Numbered from the whole stretch's first letter, positions 9,856 to 21,091 are shown. The stretch is 63,998 bases of DNA, filler included, from an uncultured bacterium (GCA_964637655.1; 19 parts of 19 records of this genome joined end to end with filler, not necessarily neighbours in it); one strand, 5' to 3'. Numbers and translations are program-made. The notes: generated from the letters alone by a model not told the origin.

Positions 9856-10028
9856 TTACGGCGGGAGTAGCGCTTTCAGGCACTTTTCCGCTGCTTGCTG
9901 TGCATGATAGCAGACGGTATCGTACGGTCGCACTGCTGCGGTTCGGCCTGAAGGTTGTTGCTGATGTTGCGCAAGTCATTGTCTGCCTTGTGCAGCCAGG
10001 CAGCCACGAGTTCCAGCTCAGGCGGCAT
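9856..10028 (-). pseudogene. HEPN-domain toxin remnant (frameshifted and truncated)
   Basis: WLHKADNDL in one frame, then PYDTVCYHAQQAAEKCLKALLPP* in another frame. Confidence 0.75.
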
Positions 10029-10341
10029 ACAGCACTTTGCCGCCATGTTCAGCGGGCCAGGCGATACTGCCCGGGGAATCTTTCCACCGTTCATATTCCT
10101 CGGGTGAAACCACGAAGACATCCTTGGCCATGGCAATACTTGCACATTCGCGCAGCATGGCCAGCACGGCATCACGCCGGCGTCCGCTGAACGGCATGAT
10201 CACCAGCAGATCGGCGTCGCTGTCCGGCGTGGCGGTACCTGACGCCAGTGAGCCGAACAGCACGATACGCTGCGGCTTGAAGCGCCCGGCAATACGCTGT
10301 GCCATTGTAGAAGTCAGGTCCAACTGTTCCTGAATGGTCAT
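10018..10341 (-). CDS. Minimal nucleotidyltransferase (MNT) antitoxin
   Basis: IVLFGSLASG...DSDADLLVI; overlaps HEPN start. Confidence 0.9.
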   Translation of the reverse strand: MTIQEQLDLTSTMAQRIAGRFKPQRIVLFGSLASGTATPDSDADLLVIMPFSGRRRDAVLAMLRECASIAMAKDVFVVSPEEYERWKDSPGSIAWPAEHGGKVLYAA

Positions 10342-10658
10342 GTTGTCACAACCCCGCCGGAAATTGAAATCATCAGTATAGCAGTATCCCTCTGTCCACC
10401 AAGCTATTGTACCACCGCCGCCGGCGGGCGTCAACGGATATTTTGCCAGTCGGCGGTACAGTGCAAAGCCGCCTCCTGCGGGTGATGCGGGGAAAAGGAC
10501 TGAACTACCTGCGGACTCGATAACCGCGCGCCCACGCCCGATGCATGTCCTGCCGGCANNNNNNNNNNNNNNNNNNNNNNNNNNNNNNNNNNNNNNNNNN
10601 NNTTAATTAATTAANNNNNNNNNNNNNNNNNNNNNNNNNNNNNNNNNNNNNNNNNNNN

Positions 10659-11470
10659 TACATCAGCGAAACCACCCCGGCGACATACGCCGCGGCGTAC
10701 GAGGTGCCGCTAACAGTGTCGATGGCATTGTCGAAATACGTCGTGGGTATCGTTTCGCCCGGCGCCACAACATCGATGTGGGTGCCGCGGTTGGAAAAAC
10801 TGGAAATAACGTTGCCGGCACCGACCGAGCCGACCGCGATGACCTTGCTGTTGCCGGCCGGGTAGCGGGTGACCGTCTGCCCGTCGTTGCCAGTCGGGGC
10901 AATCAGCGTGCTGCCGGCGTTGTAGGCGGCCGTGATGGCATTGTCAAGATCGGTGGTCGTGCTGTTGAACACAAAACCCATGACAATGACCTTGGCGCTC
11001 TTGCCCGAAGCCCAGGTGATGCCGAGTGCCGCGTTGGCCTGCGTGATGCCCAGCTGGTCATTCATCACCTTGACGGGAAGCAGCGTGCCGTACCATGTGA
11101 CCCCGGCAACCGCTGTGGCGTTGTTGGTGACCGCGCCGATCACGCCGGCCAGAGCGGTCCCGTGCCCATGATCATCCTGAGCAATGGCATCGGCATTCAC
11201 GTAATCGTAATCGTTGGCGGTATCGAGGCGGGGCGAAAGGTCGGGGTGATTGAGGTCGATGCCCGAATCAAGGATGGCGACTTTTATCGTCGTGTCACCG
11301 GTCGTGATGTCCCAGGCGGCCGGTGCCCCGATCGCGCTGAACGCCCCGTTGAGGGCGTAGTAGGGGTCGTTAGGCGCCGCTGCCGGTGCCGGTACCGCGG
11401 TCAGGCAGCAGAACGCCGCGAGCACGAGCAGCGTGCAGATCAGTTGGTTGCGTTTGTCAGTTTTCATCAT
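10659..11470 (-). CDS. S8 subtilisin-family serine protease; 3' truncated
   Basis: Signal peptide; triad ILDSG, HGHGT, GTSYAA. Confidence 0.92.
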
Positions 11471-11880
11471 TACCGGCCTCTCGATCATCACGATGGTTTC
11501 CGGAACCCCTCTATAACCGCGCGGCACTGCCGTCAGCGGCAAAAAAAACACCCCGCAGGCATTGCGGCAGCATAGCCGCACCACGGGGCGCTTCAGCGAT
11601 AAATCCGTTTATCATCACACGTTCATCCTTGAAAACGAATTCACTGTATCTACTATCGGCACTCCGTGCCATATTCTACAGCGAATTCTGATCGGTTGTA
11701 ATTAGTATATACCACAGGCGTGCCTGCTTGTCAATGCGAAAATGTGTATTTTTTGGCACAGGCAATTACAGACACCTGAACTGTTGGCGTTTTTTATTTG
11801 ACCAGTCATTGTGTATGCATTGTATTTTCCGGTTGTGCGTCGTACGGCGGGCGGCTTGCCGCGGGCCGCAATAACGCCGG

Positions 11881-11909
11881 TTGACGGCACCGTGCGCGCA
11901 TGCTACCAT
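11881..11909 (+). promoter_or_regulatory. sigma70-type promoter
   Basis: TTGACG-17 nt-TACCAT with TG extension, 12 nt before ATG. Confidence 0.55.
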
Positions 11910-11920
11910 GGTAGTTAGGT

Positions 11921-12682
11921 ATGGAGACGCTTGATCGCGGGCCGCTCGACAATTTGCGCAATCTTATCGGCACTGACGGGGTAAGCGAAATTGTCGCCCT
12001 GTTCACCGGCGGTGTGCCCGGCCAGCTGGCAGCCCTGGAGCAGGCCTGCGCTGCCGGCGACCTGAAGACCGCCGTGCGCATCGCGCACACCCTGAAATCA
12101 AGCGCGGCACAGATCGGCGCGCAGCGGTTTTCCACTATTGCCCGTGACGCGGAGGCGCACGGTGATACGCGCGCATCATTCCTGCCGTTCATTCAGGCGC
12201 TCCGCACGGCCTATGCGGAACTGGCCCCGCTGCTGGCCCCGCTGGCGGAGGCAGCACCCGCCGTTGCTCCCGCGGCGGCGGCGGTCGCCTGCACTCCGGC
12301 TGACGGCCGTCCCTGCCTGCTCATTGTCGAGGACAATCCGGACAACCGTCTGCTGCTGCGCGTGCTGCTGCAGGAACACTATGTTCTGAAGGAGTTTTCC
12401 GACGGCGACAGTGCCCTGGCCGCGCTCGCCCAGGCCGCCCCCGACCTGGCGCTGCTCGACATTTCGCTGCCGGGTATGGACGGTGAGGAACTGCTGGCGC
12501 GCATACGCGCGCAGGAACGCTGGCGCACGTTGCCTGCCATCGCCTTCACCGCCCACGCGATGACCGGTGACCGCGAACATTTCCTGCAGGCAGGTTTTGA
12601 CGGCTACGTGGCCAAGCCGATAACAGACGAACAGTTGCTGCTCGCGACGATTGCCTCCCTGCTGCAGCGTCCCCGCCCGTGA
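11921..12682 (+). CDS. Hpt plus receiver-domain protein
   Basis: AHTLKSSA (Hpt); IVEDN...LLDISLPGMDG...FTAHA...AKP (REC). Confidence 0.9.
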   Translation: METLDRGPLDNLRNLIGTDGVSEIVALFTGGVPGQLAALEQACAAGDLKTAVRIAHTLKSSAAQIGAQRFSTIARDAEAHGDTRASFLPFIQALRTAYAELAPLLAPLAEAAPAVAPAAAAVACTPADGRPCLLIVEDNPDNRLLLRVLLQEHYVLKEFSDGDSALAALAQAAPDLALLDISLPGMDGEELLARIRAQERWRTLPAIAFTAHAMTGDREHFLQAGFDGYVAKPITDEQLLLATIASLLQRPRP

Positions 12683-14094
12683 CCGCCCGTCCCCCGCTGC
12701 TGGTTCCGTTGCTGACCGTGCTGGCAGCGCTGGCGCTCGCCCTGGTTGCCGGGTTCTGCCTGCAGCAGCTCCTCCTCCTTGACGACCTGCACAATGATAT
12801 TGCCGCGCGTCAGGGGACCATTGCCGAAGTCCAGCAGGCGTTTTTGCAGATGAGCGAGGCCGTCGCCGCCCGTCGCGCGCTGCTGCTCACCGGGGCTCGA
12901 CACCACCGTGCCGAGCACGACAGCGCTGCCGCCATGCTGGACGATTTCATCCAGGCGCCACCATCCCCGGTCATGCCGGTCGCCGAGCATGCTGTTTTTG
13001 TCCGCGCGCTGAGCGAACGTCTTGCCTTCAGCCGGCAGCTGCTGGCACGGTCCCAGGCGGGACAGCTGCGCGAGGCCGTCGCGCTTTCCGCCTCCCCCGT
13101 GGCCGCGAATCTGAACGAAGCAACCGATGCAGCCTATGCCGTGCTCCAGGCACGGCTCTACCGCAATCTGCAGCAGGCGCTGTCCCGGCAGCGGGCGCTG
13201 ACCGGTGACACGCTGCTGCTCATCGGCTTGTGCGGCGTGCTGGTCACGCTGCTTATCCTTCCCTACAGCCTGTCGCTGCACCGCAGCCTGCTGCGCCTGC
13301 AGGCCACCCGGGAGACACTGCAGGCGAGCAACGCGCTGAACGACTCGCTGCTGCGCACCATTCCGCTGCCGATGGATATCGTCACCGTGGATGGTACGCT
13401 GCGCTACCAGAACGAACCGATGCGCGCCATCCGCGGCAGCAATGCTGTCGGTCAGCCCTGCTGGCATACGCTGCGCGGCGACCGGCAGCAGTGCCCCGCC
13501 TGCCCCCTGCTGCGGCCGCTCGAGCCGGGCATCACGCGCACCATCACCGAGACCGGCGCGCACAACGGCCGCACCTACGTGGTCAGTCATACCGGCATGG
13601 CGTGGCAGGGGAACGCGGCGGTGCTGGAAATCTTTCATGACATCACCGACCTGGCCAGCGCGGAGAAGCAACTGCGGGCCTACGCGCAGCAGCTCGAGTG
13701 GAACAACATGCGGTTGGCCACCGCCGTGGCGGAGGCGCAGGCCGCCAGCCGGGCCAAGAGCAGCTTCCTCGCGACGATGAGCCATGAACTGCGCACGCCG
13801 CTGAATTCGGTCATCGGTTTCGCCACGGTGCTGCTCAAGGATGCCGCGCTGACCGGCGACAGCCGGCTGTTCACCGGGCGCATTCTCGCCAACGGCAAAC
13901 ACCTGCTGGCCACCATCAACGACATCCTCGACATCAACCGCATCGAGAGCGGCCGGGCGCAGCTGACGTTCGCCCCGGTCGACCCGGCGGCGCTGGCCGG
14001 TGACGTGCTGCGCCAGGCGGCGTCCCTGCGCCCCGACGGGCGCGTCCGGCTCGTCTTCGACCCGCCGGCGTCCTGCACGCCGCTGTATACCGAC
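12679..14094 (+). CDS. Membrane sensor histidine kinase with PAS-like domain; 3' truncated
   Basis: Two TM segments, PAS-like region with Cys cluster, FLATMSHELRTPLN. Confidence 0.9.
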
Positions 14095-14194
14095 NNNNNN
14101 NNNNNNNNNNNNNNNNNNNNNNNNNNNNNNNNNNNNNNTTAATTAATTAANNNNNNNNNNNNNNNNNNNNNNNNNNNNNNNNNNNNNNNNNNNN

Positions 14195-14615
14195 GCGCCT
14201 GCCCGTCAGCCCCCCCGAGCAGCACCGCCCGTTCGAGCAGGTGCCGGGTCAGTTCCAGGCGTTCGCGGTAATCGAGCCCGGTGCCAAGCATGCTCATCTT
14301 GCGCGCGGCCGCACGGGTTTCCAGCTCCCGGTCGTACTTCTGCCGCAACCCATGGCAGTGCCCGGCGTGCCGGGCGCTGGCGCGCAACGCGACGCGTTGC
14401 GCCCCGCTCCAGTCGCGCAGGCCCGGCGCGGCCGGGGCGGGCGGCTGCAGCGCCCGGCGCCAGTAGCGCACGGCAATATCGTCCACGTTGCCGCCGTCCG
14501 CGCGGCCCGCCCACCAGCCGGCGGCATACTGCCAGCCGTAGTAGTGGTACTGCGCGGTGACCAGCACGGCAGCTGCCAGCAGCAGGGCGAGCGCGGGACG
14601 CAACCAGGGGCGCAT
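14195..14615 (-). CDS. Hypothetical exported protein; 3' truncated
   Basis: GGAGG RBS, signal-like N-terminus, divergent from fur. Confidence 0.5.
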
Positions 14616-14667
14616 GCGGTTCCTCCGGCGGTCAGTATAGCACACTGCCGCCCGCCCCGCACCCCCC

Positions 14668-14696
14668 TTGACCAGCCGCCCGGTTTCTGCTATACT
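14668..14696 (+). promoter_or_regulatory. sigma70 promoter of fur-feoB operon
   Basis: TTGACC-17 nt-TATACT with TG extension. Confidence 0.7.
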
Positions 14697-14729
14697 GCGA
14701 TTGAGTATCCGTAGCAGTAAGGCGCGGGC

Positions 14730-15188
14730 TTGAGCGTACCGCTTCCGGACGCTGCGGTCCCCGCCTGCCGCACGCGCGTGCGCGCCGCCGGCCAGCGCTG
14801 GACCGCCGCGCGCGCGCGCGTGCTCGCCGTGGCTTTGGCGCAGCGCGGGCATTTCGACGTCGAGGATCTCTGCCGCGCGGCCGGCCGCGGGCGTGCGCCG
14901 CGCCTGTCACGGGCGACCATCTACCGCACGCTCCCGCTGCTGCAGGCAGCAGGTCTGCTGTCCGCGCTCCCGGCGGGGCGGCAGGGGACGCGGTACGAAG
15001 TGGCGCACGGCACGCGGCATCACGACCACCTGCGCTGTCTCGCCTGCGGCGCGCTGCTTGAGTTGTCCGACCCGGCGCTGGAGCGGGCACAGGAGCGCGC
15101 CTGCCGGCGGCACGGGTTTGTCCCGCAGCGGCACACGCTGGTCATCGAGGGGCTCTGCCGCACCTGCGCGGGAGGCGGCCGTGGCTGA
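14730..15188 (+). CDS. fur: Fur-family transcriptional regulator
   Basis: SRATIYRTL, HHDHLRCLACG, C-terminal CRTC. Confidence 0.9.
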   Translation: MSVPLPDAAVPACRTRVRAAGQRWTAARARVLAVALAQRGHFDVEDLCRAAGRGRAPRLSRATIYRTLPLLQAAGLLSALPAGRQGTRYEVAHGTRHHDHLRCLACGALLELSDPALERAQERACRRHGFVPQRHTLVIEGLCRTCAGGGRG

Positions 15189-17271
15189 CCTGCGCCCGCT
15201 GGTCCTGCTGGGGAACGCCAATGTCGGCAAGAGCGTCATTTTCGGCTGCCTGACGGGCACCTACGCGGTCGTCTCGAACTATCCGGGGACGACGGTGGAG
15301 GTCGCGCGCGGCACCACGGCAGCGAGTGGCACGGCGTGGGAACTGATCGACACGCCGGGGATCAACTCGCTGGTGCCGCAGAGCATCGACGAGCAGGTGA
15401 CGCGCGACATCCTCCTCGCGCATCCCGACGCCCCGGTCATCCAGGTGGCAGACGCCAAGAACCTGCGGCGCGCGCTGGTCGTCACCTCGCAGCTGGCGGA
15501 ACTCGGGCGGCAGGTGGTGCTGGTGCTGAACATGGCGGACGAGGCGTACGCCGCGGGCATCGAGGTGAACGTGCCGCGGCTGCAGGAGCGGCTCGGCATC
15601 CCGGTCATCGCCACCGTAGCCACCGAACGGCGCAACGTGCAGCGCCTGCTGCCGGCACTGGCGCAGGCGGCGGTCCCGCGCCTGTCGTTCACCCGCAGCG
15701 GCGAGGCGGCGGCGCGGGCGGCACGCTTCGTCCCGCTGCTCCCCGCACGCGAGGCGTCGCTGGTTTCGCTCATGCTGCTCACCGCGGAGAGTTCGCTCGA
15801 CTGGTGGCTGGCCCGCCACTGCACCCCGCAGCAGCGCGACCGGCTGGCTACGCTGCGCCGCGAGCAGCCGTGCGCCGCCGGCACCCTGCAGTACGAGATC
15901 ATGCGCCAGCGGCTGGCCTCACTTACGCCGCTGCTCGCCGAAGTGCAGCGCGAGCGCCCGCCGGCCGGCGCCGCCTGGCTGCGCCGGGCGGGGGAACTCT
16001 GCCAGCACCCCGTCTGGGGCTTCCCCATCCTGCTGCTCGTACTCTGGTTCATGTACGAATTCGTCGGCGTCTTCGGAGCAGGGGTCTGCGTCGATTTCAT
16101 CGAGAGCCGGCTGTTCGGCGAGATCCCGGCGGCCTACGCGCAGCGCCTGCAGGCGGCAGGCGTGCCCGCGGGGCTCGGCACCCTCCCCGATGCCGCTGCG
16201 GTCGAGGCGGCGCTGCGCGCCCACGGGCAGAGCGCGGACAGCATCGCGCAGCAGGAACTGCTCCCCGCCTGGCTGGGGACATTCAAGGGGCTGAACTGGT
16301 ACGCCGCGGAGGCGGTCGGGCGGCTCGGCAGCACCACGCTCGACTCGCTGCTGGTCGGCAAATTCGGGCTGATCACCGTCGGCGTCACCTACGCCATTGC
16401 CATCGTCATGCCGATCTGCACCTTCTTCTTCCTGCTGTTCGGCTTCCTCGAGGATTCGGGCTACCTGCCGCGCCTGGCGGTAATGACCAACGGTTTCTTC
16501 CGCCGCATGGGGCTGAACGGCAAAGCGGTGCTGCCGATGGTGCTCGGGCTGGGCTGTGACACGATGGCGACGCTGACCACGCGCATCCTCTACACGCCCA
16601 AGGAGCGGCTCATCGCCACGCTGCTGCTTGCTTTGGTCATCCCCTGCTCGGCACAGGTCGGGGTCATCCTCGGCATCACCGCGCAGACGCCCGTCTATGT
16701 GTTCTGGCTCTACACCACCATCATCGTCATGCAACTGTTCATCGTCGGCTGGCTGGCGGCGCGGGTGCTGCCGGGCGAGACCTCGGATTTCCTGCTCGAG
16801 CTCCCCCCGTTCCGCTGGCCGCAGGCGGGCAACATCCTCATCAAGACGGTCTACCGCCTCATCTGGTTCCTCAAGGAGGCCTTCCCGCTCTTCCTGCTCG
16901 GCACCCTGCTGCTCTGGTTCCTCGATATCACCGGACTGCTCGAGCAGATCATCTCCGGGTCCGAGCCGCTGGTCACCGGCCTGCTCGGGCTCCCCGCCGA
17001 GACCGCGCAGGCGTTCATCATGGGCTTCCTGCGCCGCGACTACGGGGCAGCCGGACTGCTCGCGCTCTTCGAGGCGGGAATGCTTTCGCCGCGCCAGGTA
17101 CTGGTCGCACTGGTGACGATCACCCTGTTTATCCCGTGTATCGCCAACTTCTTCGTCATCATCCGCGAGCAGGGCCTGCGCCGGGCCCTGGCCATCCTCG
17201 CCTTCTCGCTCGTCTACGCGACCGGAGTCGGCGCTGTCGTCAACCTGCTGACGCGGGGTTTCATCCCGTGA
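15181..17271 (+). CDS. feoB: Ferrous iron transporter FeoB
   Basis: GNANVGKS, NYPGTTVE, DTPG, NMAD; LEDSGYLPR, LGCD, IPCSAQ. Confidence 0.95.
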   Translation: MADLRPLVLLGNANVGKSVIFGCLTGTYAVVSNYPGTTVEVARGTTAASGTAWELIDTPGINSLVPQSIDEQVTRDILLAHPDAPVIQVADAKNLRRALVVTSQLAELGRQVVLVLNMADEAYAAGIEVNVPRLQERLGIPVIATVATERRNVQRLLPALAQAAVPRLSFTRSGEAAARAARFVPLLPAREASLVSLMLLTAESSLDWWLARHCTPQQRDRLATLRREQPCAAGTLQYEIMRQRLASLTPLLAEVQRERPPAGAAWLRRAGELCQHPVWGFPILLLVLWFMYEFVGVFGAGVCVDFIESRLFGEIPAAYAQRLQAAGVPAGLGTLPDAAAVEAALRAHGQSADSIAQQELLPAWLGTFKGLNWYAAEAVGRLGSTTLDSLLVGKFGLITVGVTYAIAIVMPICTFFFLLFGFLEDSGYLPRLAVMTNGFFRRMGLNGKAVLPMVLGLGCDTMATLTTRILYTPKERLIATLLLALVIPCSAQVGVILGITAQTPVYVFWLYTTIIVMQLFIVGWLAARVLPGETSDFLLELPPFRWPQAGNILIKTVYRLIWFLKEAFPLFLLGTLLLWFLDITGLLEQIISGSEPLVTGLLGLPAETAQAFIMGFLRRDYGAAGLLALFEAGMLSPRQVLVALVTITLFIPCIANFFVIIREQGLRRALAILAFSLVYATGVGAVVNLLTRGFIP

Positions 17272-17477
17272 AGTACGCCTGCCCGCAGTGCGGCGCGCAG
17301 TTCGACCGCGCGCAGGCGGCGGCGGCCTGCGGGTCGTGCGCACAGCGCGGCGGCTGCGGCCGCCTCACGTGCCCCTACTGCGGGCATGAGGATGTGCCGC
17401 TCCCCGTCCTGCCGTCACTGTTCGCGCGCCTGCGGCGCGCCGTTACCCGACTGACCGGAGGTAGCCGTCATGGATAA
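17268..17477 (+). CDS. Small Cys-rich protein (69 aa)
   Basis: GTG overlaps feoB stop; CPQC, CGSC, C, CPYC. Confidence 0.7.
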   Translation: MKYACPQCGAQFDRAQAAAACGSCAQRGGCGRLTCPYCGHEDVPLPVLPSLFARLRRAVTRLTGGSRHG

Positions 17478-17598
17478 GCAACTGGCTGAGGAAATCCTGC
17501 ACGCGGTATGGGAACTGCGCGAAGACGGGGTGCCGGCGACCGCGGCGGCGCTGCAGGCGCGGCCCGCGCTGCGCGCCGTGGCGGTGGCGCCCGCACTC
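17470..17598 (+). CDS. Probable DtxR/MntR-type metal regulator N-terminus; truncated
   Basis: GGAGG RBS; MDKQLAEEILHAVWELRE; feo operon context. Confidence 0.45.
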
Positions 17599-17698
17599 NN
17601 NNNNNNNNNNNNNNNNNNNNNNNNNNNNNNNNNNNNNNNNNNTTAATTAATTAANNNNNNNNNNNNNNNNNNNNNNNNNNNNNNNNNNNNNNNNNNNN

Positions 17699-18781
17699 CT
17701 GCTGCTGCTGCTCGTCAATGCCGCTGTTTCTTACGCCGCGGGTGCGGCGCTGGTCGACGACTGGAACCCGCTCTGGACCGGCGCCTTCACGCTGGCGGTG
17801 GCGGCGGCAGCGCTGGTTTTCGCGCTGCTGGCGCAGCGGCGGACGGAGAGCGACCGCAAACTGGTGACAGTCAGCGCGGGACTCGCCATCACCTTCCTGT
17901 CGCTCGTCTTTCCCATGCAGTTTGATGGCGACGCGGTGACGCTGGCATGGATTGTCGGAGGAGCGCTGCTCGTCGCGCTCGGGACGCGCCTGCCGCTCTG
18001 GCCGCTGCGTCTCGGGGGCTGGTTGCTGCTCGCCATCGCGGCGGGACGGCTGCTCGATAGCGGGCGGGTTGAGACCGTGCTGCTGAATGAACGGTTCGGG
18101 CTCTGGCTGCTGCTGCTCGCGGCGCTCTACGCGGTGCTGGCGCTCTACCGTCGCCGCGCGGCCCGCCTGCCGCAGTTCGAAACGAAAGCGGCATGCGCGG
18201 GCATTATCGTGGTGGCACAACTGCTGGCGCTCATCGCACTTGGCGCGGAGAACGATGACTATTTCCGCCACCGCTGGCAGCACGATGACGGCACCCGGTT
18301 GCAAACGCAGGAGGAGCAGTTGCGGCGGCAGCAGTGGGAACTGCGCGACGAGCTGCGCGAGGCCAACCTGAGTGCCGGTTCGTATGACGCGCGGCAGGCG
18401 GCACTGGCGGGTGTGGAGCGCGACCTGGAACAACTGGCAGCAAAGCGGCAGGCGGCGGCGGCGGCGGCGCAACGGCAGCGACGGGACGACCGCAATGCCG
18501 AGCAGATGAACTATTCGCTCATCATGGGTGGCTACGCGGTGCTGCTGCTCATTGCAGGACTGCTGACGCGCAGTGCACTGGCGCGGCGGCTGGCCATCGG
18601 GCTTTTTGCGCTGACGGTACTCAAGGTCTTTTTCATCGACCTGGCGGGGCTCGAATCGCTCTACCGTATCATCTCGTTCATCGTTCTCGGCTTTCTGCTG
18701 CTCGGGGTTTCACTCCTCTACACACGCTGCCGCGCGCAGATCGACGCCTTTATGCGCGGTGAGGAAAAGCACGATGCGTAG
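17699..18781 (+). CDS. DUF2339-like multi-pass membrane protein; 5' truncated
   Basis: Many TMs; C-terminal LKVFFIDLAGLESLYRIISFIVLG. Confidence 0.8.
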   Translation: MLLLLVNAAVSYAAGAALVDDWNPLWTGAFTLAVAAAALVFALLAQRRTESDRKLVTVSAGLAITFLSLVFPMQFDGDAVTLAWIVGGALLVALGTRLPLWPLRLGGWLLLAIAAGRLLDSGRVETVLLNERFGLWLLLLAALYAVLALYRRRAARLPQFETKAACAGIIVVAQLLALIALGAENDDYFRHRWQHDDGTRLQTQEEQLRRQQWELRDELREANLSAGSYDARQAALAGVERDLEQLAAKRQAAAAAAQRQRRDDRNAEQMNYSLIMGGYAVLLLIAGLLTRSALARRLAIGLFALTVLKVFFIDLAGLESLYRIISFIVLGFLLLGVSLLYTRCRAQIDAFMRGEEKHDA

Positions 18782-20009
18782 CACGCTGCTGCTCGGCCTG
18801 TTGCTGCTCGCACTTCCGGCGGCAGCTGATTTCGAGGCCACGCAGTGGCGCTACCGGCGGGTACTGACCGCGGCGGCGCCTGATACCGGCGTGAACGGCG
18901 ACCTGCTGCTCGAGGCGGAACTGCTGCGGCGCGACGGCGGCAATACGGCCGATATGCGGATACTGAACGCTGACGGGCGCGAATGTCCGTACGTGAAACT
19001 GCGGCAGCAGCCGGTCCGGGAACAGCGACTGGTCGACGCGCTGCTGCTCAACCGCGGCACGGCGGACGGGCGGCAGCAGTGCGAACTCGACCTCGGGACG
19101 GAACGGCGTTTCCACGATACGCTGCGCGTGCAGGTGCACGGCACCGACTACCGTCTGCCGGTGCGTGTCGAGGGGAGCAGTGACCGCGTCCGCTGGCAGG
19201 TGCTGCGCGATACCGCGTATGTGCTCGCGTTTGCCGGCGAGCAGCCGGTGCTGGTGGACGAGGTGCGCTACCCGCGCAGCGATTACCGCTACCTGCGGCT
19301 GAGCGTGCCGGCAGAGCCCGGCAGCGAACTGCGCGGGGCGATATTGGCCCTGAACGAAGAGAAGGCAGGCGAACTGCGTGCCTGGCCGCACGTTTCGTTT
19401 GCACCGCGCGTGACGGCGGATGCGCGCGGGCGGATGACGGTGCTCGACTGGGATTTCGGGGCGTCCGGGGCAGGCGTGCAGACAGTCGAGTGCACAGTTG
19501 CGGACAGCGTTTTTCACCGCGCGGTCGAAGTGTATGCCGCGGCGGGTGACGGGCGCCCGTGGCAGCGACTTGGTACCGGGAGCATCTGGCGCGACCGCGC
19601 AGGCAGGGAAAACCTGCAGGTCGATTTTCCCGAGACGCGTGAGCGTCTGCTGCAGGTGCGCATCCATCACGCGGACGATGCGCCGCTGACGATGACCGCG
19701 GCGCAAACGCTGGGCACGCCCTGGCATCTGCGCTGGGAGCGGCGTGCCGGCGAGCAGTACCAGCTCTGGTACGGCAATCCGTCAGCGCGCGTTCCGGAAT
19801 ATGATTTTGGACTGCTGCAAGAGGCAGCAACGACAGCAACGGTGTTTACGGCCGGGCCGGAAGAGCAGAACCCCGCCTGGCAGGCGCCGGCGCGTACGGT
19901 CGATGAAGCGGTGCAGCAGCGTCCCTGGGCGTTGTACGCGGCGCTTGGGCTCGGGGTGCTGGTGATGGGCGGGCTGGCACTGCGCCTGTTGCGGCGTCCG
20001 CAACTCTGA
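18774..20009 (+). CDS. DUF3999-like exported protein with C-terminal anchor
   Basis: Signal peptide, DMRILNADGRECPY, VEGSSD...W, YGNPSARVPEYD; usual DUF2339 partner. Confidence 0.7.
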   Translation: MRSTLLLGLLLLALPAAADFEATQWRYRRVLTAAAPDTGVNGDLLLEAELLRRDGGNTADMRILNADGRECPYVKLRQQPVREQRLVDALLLNRGTADGRQQCELDLGTERRFHDTLRVQVHGTDYRLPVRVEGSSDRVRWQVLRDTAYVLAFAGEQPVLVDEVRYPRSDYRYLRLSVPAEPGSELRGAILALNEEKAGELRAWPHVSFAPRVTADARGRMTVLDWDFGASGAGVQTVECTVADSVFHRAVEVYAAAGDGRPWQRLGTGSIWRDRAGRENLQVDFPETRERLLQVRIHHADDAPLTMTAAQTLGTPWHLRWERRAGEQYQLWYGNPSARVPEYDFGLLQEAATTATVFTAGPEEQNPAWQAPARTVDEAVQQRPWALYAALGLGVLVMGGLALRLLRRPQL

Positions 20010-20044
20010 AGCACGTTTCCCTGTCATAACCGGCGGCATTCCTG

Positions 20045-20074
20045 TTGACACCTGCGCGCGGCGTGTGCTACGAT
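20045..20074 (+). promoter_or_regulatory. sigma70 promoter of tRNA-Pro
   Basis: TTGACA-18 nt-TACGAT. Confidence 0.6.
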
Positions 20075-20083
20075 GACCCGTCA

Positions 20084-20161
<78 letters not shown>

Positions 20162-20206
20162 CTTTCCGCATATGGTGCGGGAAGGCACGGTCGACGGGAG
20201 GAGAAG

Positions 20207-20743
20207 ATGACCGTGACGTGGCAGTTGGTCTGCATAAGCGTGCTGCTGGTGCTGGCGGCCGGCGCGGCCCGGGCGGCGGAGAGCGACACGCCGGGAGTGC
20301 TTCCCGACACGGGGGCGCTGGCCGATGTGCTGCTCGATACTCCGCGCCTGACGTATGTCTTCGATACCACGGCACTGGTCCGGGCGGCGCTGCTCTGCTG
20401 TGATGATTCCGGGACCACGTGGCTGCTGCTGCCGTCGCAGCAGGCGTCACGGCGGCAGGGATTGCTCGACCTTGACGCGCGCGTGCTCGGACGCAACCGT
20501 GATGCGGCGCAGGCAACCGCCAGCCGCACGGTGAACACCATCGCCGAGGTGGCTGAGGACTACCGCTTCGACCGGTTCGCGAACTGGATGCGCAGCATCA
20601 ACGAGTCGCAGTCGACGACGTACCAGTATCTCGACCGCTGGCATGAGGAGTACATCGAGAATTACAATCTCGATGTGCGACGGACGCACGACAGCATAAC
20701 GGGGGACTATCTCTATGTGTTCGGCTACAAAGCGGATTTTTAG
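20207..20743 (+). CDS. Hypothetical exported protein
   Basis: GGAGGAG RBS, signal peptide, terminal Phe (YKADF). Confidence 0.6.
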   Translation: MTVTWQLVCISVLLVLAAGAARAAESDTPGVLPDTGALADVLLDTPRLTYVFDTTALVRAALLCCDDSGTTWLLLPSQQASRRQGLLDLDARVLGRNRDAAQATASRTVNTIAEVAEDYRFDRFANWMRSINESQSTTYQYLDRWHEEYIENYNLDVRRTHDSITGDYLYVFGYKADF

Positions 20744-21091
20744 CGTACTTTTCGTGCTGGCACTGCTGCCGGCAATGGCTACGGCTGATGTCATCGTGCT
20801 GACCAGCGGGCGGCAGATGACGGTGGCCGTGCGGGAAATCAGCGATGGGACAGTATGGTTCCTCAGCAACGGGGAAATCCACTCGCTGCCGCTGGCGGAC
20901 ACGCGCAAAATCCTCATCGCTGATGCGGCCTTGACCAATCAGACCACGGCCTCCCCGGCGGCGACGGCAGTCGCTCCGGCGCAACCGGCGGCACCGGCAG
21001 TTCCCGCCACCCCGCCCCCGCCTCCCCCGCCGCTGGAACTGGTGAGTACCGCCTCGGGCTATGACCGCGGCGTGCTGACGGTGCAGGGCGA
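20715..21091 (+). CDS. Hypothetical exported protein, Pro-rich linker; truncated
   Basis: Signal peptide then DVIVLTSG. Confidence 0.6.
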
